Source of the DNA: the human T2T-CHM13v2.0 reference genome, Homo sapiens
Assembly: GCF_009914755.1 (NCBI RefSeq)
Contig: NC_060928.1
Strand: one strand, 5' to 3'
Length of the DNA: 64,000 bases
This document shows, in pieces, positions 42,830 through 60,600 of this stretch. Under the pieces are notes generated by a model. That model saw only the letters and a list, made by a program, of their open reading frames with translations. It did no database searches and had not been told where the DNA came from. A program made the position numbers and the translations under genes. Within the stretch, counting starts at the first letter, position 1. Every line of letters begins with the position of its first letter.

Positions 42830-43600
42830 CTTTTAACGTCTATTTATGGAAAGATGACTACCAGATTATTATCTCCAATCAGGATGGCTCCCCTAAACTC
42901 CAGACTTGGACATGTAACTGCCTACTGGATTTCTGTCTCCATTAGGATATCTCACAATCGAATGCAACTCCTAAAACTCCTATTAATATTTTCTCCTTAT
43001 AGGGACTCTTTCCTCTGTGTGTTGACACTCTCCACATACTTACCCTAGCCAGAAACATGAGAGTCACAACTTCTCCCTCTCCCTCGGTCCCTGCATTCAG
43101 TTTGTCACCAAGCCCTAAATATCTCTCTGGTCTTGTGCCTCTCTCTCCCCACTGCTGCTGTATTAGTTCAGGCTTTCATAATTTCTTACAGGATTACTGA
43201 AAGAGCCTCCCATCTGATTTCTTTGATGCCAGGCCCTTGAATCTAATACTTAAAAAGGAATGCCCTGTTAGTGATCTTTCCAAAACGTAACATCAATCAA
43301 TGCCATTTCCTATTTTCCTTCAATAATTTTTGAATGAGTTAGGCTATAAATAAATAAATAAATAAATAAATAAATACCATTCTTCTATTTAAAAATATTC
43401 AAGGGAGAACAAATGGATAAAATCCAAACTCTTTAGGCCACTCAGGCTCTGAATTACTTCCTTCTGTATATACCTCTATCCTTATTTCCTGCTCTCCTGC
43501 CAAATTTCACACCAACATTTAAGGAACATTCGTAGTTCCTTAAAGGGACTATGCTTTTTCTTGATTCCAGGCCTTTGTGTATGTCAATACTTCTGCTTGG
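42830..43600. mobile_element. L2 fragment containing a (TAAA)n microsatellite at about 43347-43376
   Basis: cctaaactccagact..aactgcctactgga; ggataaaatccaaactc; ccaggcctttg. Confidence 0.6.
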
Positions 43601-44632
43601 AATGCAGCAAGCAATTTCTAGTGGGAAAAAAAAAAGACTTGGCAGAGAGTTTTCTTTTCCCTATTGCAGATATATTGTCTATTTTCTGGAAAGAGACACT
43701 TGCATTTTTGTAGTGCCTTGTTTAACAATAATAGGCAAGACTTTAGGTTTCTGGTCTGACATGTAAGGAATTTAGAAGTCATCACTCCATCCTAACAACA
43801 ACTAAAAAGCTAAAAAAAATGAGAAATTAATAACTCTTCTTAGAGCTGTAAGTGAAGTGGGGTCACAGAGAAAACAGCTTCTCCAAAATTAGAGACACAG
43901 ATGGGTGGATTCAAAGAATCACAACTTACCATAGAAACACACTTTTGCAGGAACTGTTACTGGAGTAGGAAAGTCTGAGCTGTAATTGATGAATTGCCAG
44001 AGGCTCATTGTGGATTAGTTTGAGAGTTAAAGATTCTTGGGGGACCCAATCTTAGGGGGGCTTTCACACTTTTGTGAGTTTTACCTCCGTGAATTCTCAG
44101 AGAAGATCAGAGAAAAATCCCCAATTGCTTCCTGCATGAGGAGTGTAAAAGGAATTATTTTGAAAAATTCTAGTGCATTTTGTTCTTAACAAGACTTGCC
44201 AACAAAAGAAACTATTTTACTCGAGCCTAGTGTACTGGGATTTTTACAAGTGGTTAACTGACCTGGGGGAAAGGAAATACCCAACTCCAGCTCCCTCTAG
44301 ACATTCTGTACCACCTAAGGGGGTGAAAAAACAAACTGAGAACTGTGAAGTTTACAGCCTAGGGACACAGGCTCACTAAAAGACTGAGATAAAATGGTAG
44401 AACTATAGGACACTTCCCCTTCCCGTGTATCTTACCACTACATTACTAAAGGGCTATTTACTGCAATTTCTTTGACTCAGTATATTATATCCGCCTTTCA
44501 ATACAAAATTACAAGGCATATTAAAAGGCAACATAGTTTGAATGGACAGAGCAAGCAGTGGAACCAAACCCAGAGGATGACAGGGATGTTGCTATTATCA
44601 GACCATGAATTTAAAACAACTATGATTAATAT

Positions 44633-45144
44633 TGTTTGAAATGCTTGTTCCCCGGTGCTGTAAAGAAATAGTACTTGAACATAAATTTAATTTAGTAAGG
44701 CCATTTTTACTTTTGCAGAAAGGGTACACTGGCCAGCAGTTTTGCCATGAGAGTACACCAAACAAAGGAGACAGGGTCATTTATAACCTAATGTATCCAC
44801 CCTACTGCTGTGTCCGGTTTCCATTGTCTGGAACGGGACCTCACATTCTGTATTTGTCCTGACTTGCTAGCAACTTAGAACTTTTTAAAAGAGGCAGAGG
44901 TAGAGGAGAACAAAGGAAGGAGGAGGTAACTTGTGGAATGCTGAGAAAGGTAAAAACACTTTTAAATAAGGAAGAGGAACAGGCTATGACCTAGTGCTTG
45001 CTTGGACTAGTATAAGCATGCCAGGGCAAATATTTAGGAGCACAGGTCTTTGAATAAATTTTGCTTATAAGAGAAGTTACCATTTATTCCTAATTAGATG
45101 GGCAGGAAAGTCTTTGAAGAAGAACCTCTACTTTATTTTTTACA
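44633..45144 (-). mobile_element. LTR10-family (HERV-I) solo LTR
   Basis: TG...CA, 512 bp; on - begins TGTAAAAAATAAAGTAGAGGTTCTTCTTCAAAGACTTTCC; TSD ATAT/GTAT; host L1M sequence rejoins across it. Confidence 0.8.
45004..45023. promoter_or_regulatory. p53 response-element-like 20-mer
   Basis: GGACTAGTAT AAGCATGCCA: two RRRCWWGYYY half sites, no spacer, intact CWWG cores, one flank mismatch each. Confidence 0.6.
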
Positions 45145-46837
45145 GTATGCTAAGGGCTTTAATGGGAAAAGTAGACAACATGCAAGAACCGATGGATAAT
45201 GTAAGCAGAGAGATGGAAATTCTAAGAAAGAATTGAGAATAAATGACAGAAAAAATACTGTAACAAATGAAAAATGCCTTTGATGGGCTCATTAGTAGAC
45301 TGGATGTGACTAAGGAAAGAATCTTTGAGCTTGAGTATATGTTAATAGAAACAGTCAAAACAAGAAAGCAAAGAGGAGAAACGAATAAATGGAACAGGGT
45401 ATCATATACATGTATGGGAGTACCAGAAAGAGAAGAAAGCAAAAGGAGCAGAAGCAGTATTCGAAGCAACTATGACTGAGAATTTCCCCAAATTAAAGTC
45501 AGGAAATAAACCACAGATCCAGGAAACTTAGAGAACACCAAACAAGTGTTCCTTCCAAAGCAGAAAGCACAAAGCCCACATGGGTTCACTGATGAATTTT
45601 TCCAAACATTTAAGGAAGGAAATATACCAATTTTCTACAATCTTTTTCAGAAGATAGAAGCAGAGAGAATATTTCCTAACTCGTTTTATGAGGCCAGCAT
45701 TACTGTAATACCAAAGCCACAGACATTGCAAGAAAACTACATACCAATATCCCTTATGAACCTAGATACAAATATCCCCAACAAAGTATTAGCAAATTGA
45801 ATCCAACAATGTATAAGAATAATTACATGCCACAACCACGTGGTATTTATCCCAGGTATATAAGGCTGGTTCAACATTAGAAAATCAGTTAATGTAATCC
45901 ATCACATCAATGGGCTAAAGAAGAAGAAAATAACATAATTATAGCAATAGGTGGAGTAAAAAACATTTCACAGAATTCAACACCTAATCATGATGAAAAC
46001 TTTCAGCAAACGAGTATTAGAAGGAAACTGTCTCAATGTGATAAAGAACATCTACAAAAAGCCTGCAGCTAACATCATACTTAATGGTGAGAAGCTAGAA
46101 GACTTCCTGCTAAGACTAGGAACAAGAAAAAGGTGTCCCATCTCACCATTCCTTTTCAACATCTTGCTGAAAATCCTACCTAATGGAATAACACAAGGAG
46201 AAGCAATAAAATGTATACTGATTAGAAAGGAAGAAGTAAAACTCTCTTTGCTTACAGATGACATTTATCTATTTACAAAATCTGAAAAAATTGACAGAAG
46301 TCTCCTGAAACTAATAAGTGATTATAGCAGGGTTGCATGATACAGGTTTAATACACACATTTCAGTCATTTTCCTATATGCCAGCAATGAACAAGTGGAG
46401 TCTGAAATTAAAAACCCAATACCATTTACATTAGCATCCCCAGAAATGAAATGCTTAGGTAGAAATCTGACACAATATGTACAAGATCTGTGAGGTAAAT
46501 TACAAAACTCTGATGAAAAAAAATAAATGGAGAAATGTCTCATGTACATGGATATTCTGAAACAACATTGTCAAAATATCATTTATTCCCATTTGCTCTA
46601 TAGATTTAACTAAATCCCAGTAAAAAAATACCAGCAAATTATTTTGTGGATATTGACGAACTGATTTCAAAGTTTTTATTTTTATTTTTTTTTAAAGTAC
46701 AGCATAATTTGTTGAAAAAAATTGGAAGTTAAGTGCAGAATACAGTACAACCTGAGAGTGATATTCCAGGCCGGGCTGCTCATAAGAGTGAGACAGCGTG
46801 GATTGTCGCCAGAGAAACTGCCTTATGGGAGTTTTGC

Positions 46838-52902
<6,065 letters not shown>

Positions 52903-54107
52903 TAATTTTTACTCTTAAGTAAGGATTATTTTGGACTGAGGGACTCACTAAGTGAAAGTGATTCATCATTTCAGACTTTGTTACAGGGAGGTGATTATGC
53001 AGTAAACATAGTCAAACATTTCAAAAATTTGAAGCATATTTTATAAAACTTACAAGAAAGAAAGATACATACTGGATGAATTGAAGGAAGAATTCATAAA
53101 ACCATATGTGTCTGCTTCATATTGAGGGAAACTTTTTTTTTCTTTTTTTAACCTCTCAGCACTAGTTGACATTGCTTGGCTACGTACTCCGTTAGAGTAG
53201 AGACAGCTATTGCCATAGCTCCTGTGAATTGAAACAGAAATTGTCCATAGTGGAGGCAGTCACAGATGGGTTAAACATGAAGGAGTCAGAAGTGGTAGAA
53301 CTAATTCTAAATACTGAGATTCCATACTGAGAGGTACCAAAGCTACCCAACAAACTCTTTTCCTCTTGGGAAACACATATACACCTGACATAAAAATAAG
53401 GTAGACATTTAGTTTGTAGCTGTAGATCTCAATAGCATTGTGTAATTTTTCCTGTTACTTTTCAAGACCAACACATATCACAGTATAGGGAGGTCAGAGA
53501 CTCCTGAGGGCAGCTCTACAATTCTGAAGCAGTACATTTCTTTTATATTTTTGTAGGTAATGATTTGTTGTAAGTTATCCATAGTTGTAAGTAACCGGAT
53601 CATATGTTTTCCTTGATATTATGGAGAATTTGACAGGTTGGAGAAATACAAGGTATGATTTCATGATTAAACATAACAGGAAATTTAAATGGGACTTTAC
53701 ATATGATCTCAATTTAGCTAAGAACTCAAGACCAAGCTATACAGACACCAAATTACCTCCACATTCTAAAGCAAGGGGCTAGACCACCTTATGTAGGACA
53801 TGCTAAGAGATAGAGAAATCGCTTCTGCCAGCATTAGCCTATCTCCTGTCTCTCATCTATATAAGGTGAGGCAAAGAATTCATGGGGAAGGGTGGAAGTA
53901 TTTGGAAGTGAAGATTTCTTTGGAGATAGTTGTCAGTATGCTGTGTTTGCCCTTCCCATCTCCACAGTGAGGGTGGTGAAAGTACTTCCCCTTCATCTGA
54001 AGCCAAGAGAAGAAAACTGCTCAGAAAGCTTGAAATGTTTTCTCTGGAATCTAGAAAATTCAAGTTCTGGTATGTGAAAGAAAAAAAAAATTAAGGCAAG
54101 AAGCTGC

Positions 54108-54455
54108 TGTCTTACTCTACTTTCTGCTGGTATAACAGAATACCTGAGATAACAGCATTAATTCATTCATGAGAGCAGAGCCCTCATCCTCTAATCACCT
54201 TTTATTTTTATTTTTTTGAGACAGCATCTCGCTCTGTCACACAGTCTGGAGTGCTGTGGTGATTGTAGCTCACTGCAGCCTAGAACTCCTGGGCTCAAGT
54301 GATCCTCCTGCCTTAGACTTCTGAGTAGCTGGGACTACAGGCGTGTGCCACCCTGCCCTGCTTCTAATAACCTCTTAAAGATTCCTCCTCTTAACACTAT
54401 CACAATGGCAATTAAATTTCCCCATAGTTTTGGAGGGAACATTCAAATAGTAACA
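54108..54455. mobile_element. Internally deleted MST/MLT1A-type MaLR LTR interrupted by an Alu arm (about 54200-54361)
   Basis: tataacagaatacctgaga; cattcatgagagcagagccctcat..ctaatcacct; TSD-like CTAAT(C/A)ACCT around the Alu. Confidence 0.65.
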
Positions 54456-54715
54456 TCTAGCTAGAACAGCCTGTCTGTTGGCAGAATGAAGTAGAACAGT
54501 TTAGTGGGAACAAGGATACAAGTGTATTTTTCATGGACCAAATACAGACTCTGGAAAGGATACGGTTGTGGATCATCGGGAAAAGAACTTCACGAAAGAG
54601 ATAGATGCACAGATGGATAGTGAAGGTCACCCTGGTGAAAGCCAAGGACTGAATGCAGGTCTTAAATGGCCAGTTGTGGAAAGAATCATCCTTATAAAAG
54701 AATTGAGATAGGAGA

Positions 54716-54753
54716 TCTCTAATAGAGGAGGAGTTCTCTAATAGAGGAGGAGT
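54716..54753. repeat. Perfect 19-bp tandem duplication
   Basis: TCTCTAATAGAGGAGGAGT x2. Confidence 0.9.
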
Positions 54754-54799
54754 TCTTTGTGAAACCCACAGAAATCCCCCAACTCAAAAAAAAAAAACC

Positions 54800-55133
<334 letters not shown>

Positions 55134-55160
55134 CAAAAAACGTAGTATCTAAAAGGTAGG

Positions 55161-55250
55161 GCACCAATATCAAATTGCAACTGTACTGGCCATATGCAAT
55201 GTAGAGCACCAATATCAGATCGCAACTGTACTGGCCATATGCAATGTAGT
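55161..55250. repeat. 45-bp tandem duplication
   Basis: GCACCAATATCA(A/G)AT(T/C)GCAACTGTACTGGCCATATGCAATGTAG x2. Confidence 0.9.
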
Positions 55251-55649
55251 CTTTTTCTCCAGGTTTCCCCTCTCTTCTAGGCTGGACAATGGAGGAGGCT
55301 TGAAACAGTAGCTGGCAAGTGGTAGAAGAGATGGAGCAGAGAAGCAAGAAGAAGCAGACTCCTCACTCCTTCACCAGGGTGGATTTGCTGGTTTGAAGCA
55401 GACCTGAGTTGGGAGAGGAGAGAGGCGAGAAGTTTTAATTGGATGAAATATTTCTTTAGACTGGTCTATACTTTTTTCTTTATATCTAAAATTCACTGGA
55501 AGAGCTATGAAATCTGTCCAAGATTTCGTTCAGTTCAGGAAAAACCAAAACCAAAACCATAACCAGTGAGTTTATAAAGGAAGTTTATGGTGGATTTTTT
55601 AAAATTATTTTGATAACTGACATTGGGGTATTCTCCATCTTATGAGTCT

Positions 55650-57545
55650 GAAAATATTTCTTCGCAGCCAGGTAATACACATGTGACTCAGATGCCACCA
55701 AAGAAGTATGTGTCCAAGACCTCAAGTTGAAAGCTGTGGACTGCGGAGGGACTCTCTGGTGAAGTTGTTGCAAGCATGATTAATTCATTGGGGCAGCAAT
55801 GGCAGCCAAGCCAGTGGTGGTATCCTGTGTCCAGGAGTGGTATTGGTGATTCAGTTTGCAGCCTCTGAGGTACAAGGATAAGGAAAATGGTGACCAGATC
55901 AGTTTTGCTGCCTCAGATTAGACATAATTTCAAGCTGTATATCTCTAATCCTCCTAATAATTCTATGACCTACATGATATCCTTTAAATAAATGACTTAT
56001 CATTTAAAATAATTCCGAATTGATTTCTGTGACTTGCAATGAAATCAATAAAAAAAAAAAAATACCTGGACTATTACTAGAAAACAGACCACCAGGGAAA
56101 TGGGTCAATCTGGGATTAATTTTCTGACCTGGTTTAGGCTGAAGGCAGTGATAATTCAGATGACTCTAAGGGTGGAGCAGCTCTAGACATGCAGGAGTGG
56201 AACAGTTAATAATAAAAAAAAAACCTCTGACTTCCTGAAAGGAAATAAGAATTAAAGGCAAGGCCTTAGAGACAATAGGGTTATTGCCATGGAAGAATAT
56301 TAAAGTGCATGAGCTATTTAAAGTCTGTAAGGTAGGTGGTTACTTCATTAAAGTGTTGGGCAGTTTAGTTAAGGAGAATGGTAAGCTTAAAATTTCAGGT
56401 TCTTGGCTCATGGTATAAACTGAAACCTAAGGATGTTTTATGACATAATTTCTTGAAGCCATAAGGTTAAACTAGCCAGAAGCCAAATTAAAAATTTGAT
56501 CCTGTAGGTTTCCAGCTGTAACACTGATTAAATTCATAGGAACACAAAAGATCTCTTAGGTGAAAACCAGGGCATTGACTGGGAAATAATAGGATCTCAA
56601 ATACTATAATGGGTATATATTGAAAGATTCAAATGTCCCTCAGATTATCCTGAACTCCCAGTCTCCACTGATCTTTCTTTGCCTACTGAAACATTTTCTT
56701 TTGCCTGTCTGATGAGGATGTCACTGCTTGATTTGAGGACATATAAGGACCTTGGCTGAGCAGCGTCCCTGTAAGGGGAAGCCAATTTCCTCATGTCCTA
56801 TTCACTTCCATCTCTCATTGTCTTCAGGCCTATAATTATAGTCAGACTAAGCAGTAAGGGGGCAAGTTGGAAGGAGAAGTGTTAAATACCAAAATAATAT
56901 GTATTATATTTTGCTGATGAATGCTGACCAAACTCTGACCAACTCTTGCGAAAATGAATTCTGTGGGTGCTAGGGCAAGTGGGGAAGGGCATAATTTTAG
57001 ATCAGGCTAAATGGGTCATGATGGGTGCCTTTATTAGAAATTCTGTATTGATCACACTAGCTCAAAAAACATTAGAAGTTAAAATTGTTTGTTCTATTTA
57101 TAGATAGAAATCCAAGCTCAAAAATGATCCATGTTCAATGAAGTTGAGATGCCAGATATTTCTTTAGATAATATAAAGGAAGGAATACAAGGACACAGAG
57201 AGAGGAATGTAGGGAGGAATTTTTCATGTGCTACGTGCTTACCTAACCCCCATACTATGTTCCTTGAGAGAAGCCCAGAAAATAAACTTTCCAACAAGGG
57301 ATTGAGAAATAAATTGTCAAGGGGGAGGGCTATGGTTCATTTTTCCCTGTAGGTTGGCAGGGGATGCTTTGGTTGAGATGGGCTTCCTGATTTCAACCAG
57401 GATACCAGATACTGGGGTGGTAGAGGCTAAGTAGTGAGGCAGGAGAAGCCAGGTAGGCATGATCACTATGACAGGTAGCTGGAGTAGTTTGGAAAATAGT
57501 ATTGTCTGATCTACTGCAATTTTTGGAGGTGGCAGTGGAGGTACC
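55650..57545 (+). mobile_element. Highly decayed ERVL-type LTR plus internal sequence
   Basis: Weak resemblance to ERVL gag-region motifs (ggcattgactgggaaa..ggatc, taattttagatcaggc, ttcaatgaagttgagatgccaga). Confidence 0.45.
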
Positions 57546-57623
57546 ATATGTATCAATTAGATTGTTTTGCCTGAAAATAATAGAAATTTGAGTAAAAGAG
57601 GCTTAAAAAATGAAGATTTATTA

Positions 57624-60600
57624 TTATTATTATTATTTTGCAGTTGCAAGATTTAATAGAGTGAAAACAGAGCTCCCATACAATGGGAGGGGACCCAAAG
57701 GGGGTTGCCCCTGAAAGGAGGTTGCCCACTCCCGGCTCGAATGCCTGGAGTTTATATCCCAATCATTGTCCCTCCCCCTGTGCCCTCAGGCGATATATGA
57801 TTTGACTGTGTCTTTACCTTCTGCTCTAGCCTAATTTGTATTTTAGCGAGCCCTCTTTACTACCTGATTGGTTGGGTGTGAGCTGAGTTACAAGCCCTGT
57901 GTTTAAAGGTAGGTGCGGTCACCTTTCCCAGCTAGGCTTAGGAATTCTTAATCGGCCTAGGAAATCCAGCTAGTCCTGTCTCTCAGTCCCCCCGTCAACA
58001 GGAAAGCCCAAGTGCTGTTGGCAAGGTTGGCCGACAACCACTCTTAACTGCTTCCTGCTGAATTGGGGCATAGTAGGGGTTGTGCAGTTGAGATTTCCTT
58101 GGAAAGGGTGGCTTCGATGTCATTAACATCAGAGCATGGGCTAGCAAGCCGGTCCAGGGGTCCGTGGTAGGTCTTAGTCATGGACTGCATCTGGGGGTCC
58201 ATTTGAAGAACTGTTTGCAGTTTTACAGCTTCGATTCTGGAAGAGACAAACTTAACAAGGAGGTTAAAGATACAGGGATTGAAATGTATGGCCTGAAGTG
58301 CAGGGGATTATTTCTTTGGCACACTTCACAGGCCCTGACTATCTGCTTTATAGTTTTGAAAAGGCCTGGTTCAGTAAATAATGATGTGGCAATCTGATGG
58401 GTGCTATCAATGCCTAAGTAAAAGGTTTGGTGAAGGGTTTTAAGTAATTTCCATTGGTTAGCTGCAGGCAGAAGTATTTTTCCTTTTTCGGTGGCTAGCC
58501 ATCCTGAGGGGAGGAAACGATGTCGATGTCCTTGTGAGTTTCCCCATTCGATTTCTTCTGCTGAGTACTGGGGCTTGGTTTCCTGGAGGGGATTACCCCA
58601 TACTAGGGGTCCTTCTATAAGCTTTTCTAATGGAGGGTCCTGTCTTGCGGCTCTTTTTGCTTCAGTATCTGCTTGGCAGTTCCCTTCTATTTCCCTTTCC
58701 TTTCCTTTCTGATGACCCCGGCAGTGTAAGACTGCCACCTCTTTAGGTTTCTGTACTGCCAATAATAATCTCCTAATGGCTTCCTGATGTTTGATAGGTG
58801 TTCCCTTGGAAGTTAGGAATTCCCTTTCTCTCCTTATTGCTGCGTGGGCATGGAGGACTAGGTAAGCATACTTAGAGTCTGTATATATATTTACCCTTTT
58901 TCCTTCTCCTAATTCTAGGGTATAATGACCCCTGCTTTTGCTAGGATGTCTCTCCCTAACAAAGAAGTGGAGCTTTCAGGCATAATTAGAAAGGCATGTG
59001 AAAAGAGTAAAGTTCCCCAGTCACAACTTAGTGGCTGGGAGAAGTATCTAGTGACTGGCTGTCCTAGGACCCCTCAGATAGTGACAGATCTGGAGGACAG
59101 TTGTCCAGGACAGGAGAGTAAGACTGAGAAGTTCACGCCAGTGTCCAGGAGACAGTTAACGCCCTGGCCCTCAATGGTCAAGCATACCCGGGCCTCTGTG
59201 AGGGTGATGGCATGGGCTGGCACTTGCCCTGGAAACCCTCAGTCCTGCTGCTGGATCATCTGGTTAGTGGCTTCTGACTCAGAGGACCTTCATCCCCTGG
59301 GGCAGTGGGCCTTCCAGTGATTCCCTTGACATAAGGGGCATGGACGAGGGGGTGGCTTATTTCTATTCGGACAATCTTTTTGAAAGTGTCCTTGTAGACC
59401 GCACTGGAAGCAAGCCCTATTAGGCATTCAGTTTGCCCAGGCTTTCCCTTTTTCAGAGCCTCCAAAGTCTACTTGCCTGAGGGCCACGACTAAAGCAGTG
59501 GGTGGCCTTTTTTGTTTTATCCCAGTTTTCCCATTTCACCTGCTTTTCCTGATCTCTATTATAAAAAAATCGAGGTTGCCAATAGGGTTTCTAAGTTTTG
59601 CTCCAGGCCTAAGGCAGACTTTTGAAATTTTTTCTAATGTGTGCAACTGACTGAGTGATAACTTATCCTTTAAGATTAGTTGGCCTTCAGTAGAGTCAGG
59701 TGACGGAGAGATATGCTTCCTCAATGCCTCCCTTAGTCTCTCCAGAAAAGCAGTAAGATTTTCTTCCTTTCCCTGTGTTATAGTGGACATCATTGAATGA
59801 TTTATAGGCTCCTTCCTAGTTTTCCTTAGTCCTTCTAGCATGCAAGTTAGCAAATGTCTGTGGCACCAATTTCCATGTTCTAATTCAGCGTCCCAGTGAG
59901 AGTCTACACTGGGAACTGCCTCCTGGCCTGTGGGGAATCATTCCCTTTCCTCTGTTGTCATCCTATCATTGACCTGACTGAGATACCAGAGATTGCCAAA
60001 CTCTTGGGCTGCAGTTATGGTGGCACTTCTCTCATTTGGGGTTAGTGTCTGATCTAGCAGTAACATTATATCTCTCCATGACAGATCAAAGGATTGTCCT
60101 AACCCTTGTAAAACATCAATGTAGCCATCAGGGTTATCTGAGAATTTACCTAGGTCTATTTTAATTTGTTTCAAGTCTGAGAGGGAAAGAGTTACGTGCA
60201 CTCTGACTGGGCCAAATTCTCCAGAATATATCTTAGGAGCTTTTTTGCCTTGGGGGGAACATTTCCCATCTGAAAAAAGAACATAGGGATGCCAGCACCC
60301 CTAGTCATTTTCTGATGAGCCTTAGTCCTACAGCGTCCTCTATGGTCCTAATGCTTATTCCTTTCCAGGGTGCATAACCACCCATGGACATCTGCTTATC
60401 GGATTAGTTAACATTCACTGATGTAGCAGTCCTGCACCCCTTTTCCCGCCTTTCTTGACCACAAAGAAAGGGGTCCAGGCTGCTGGATTCTAGTGGTCCT
60501 TTACCAGTGTGCCCAACATTGCCTTTGTGCTCAGGGGTGAGTCCTAGAGCTAGGCTGGGTTCCTGAGTATTTCATAACAACCCAGTTGCCCCATCAAGAT

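Larger units (their letters stand above)
43750..46672 (+). mobile_element. Old L1M element (5' region, ORF1 and ORF2 remnants) interrupted by LTR10
   Basis: ORF1-like MKNAFDGLISRLD (45267); ORF2 RT-like [26 protein letters not shown] (45546) and KPAANIILNGEKL (45990). Confidence 0.85.

Noticed and set aside
55161-55250. 45-bp direct repeat as a CRISPR-like array
   Set aside because: Only two adjacent copies, no spacers, eukaryotic context
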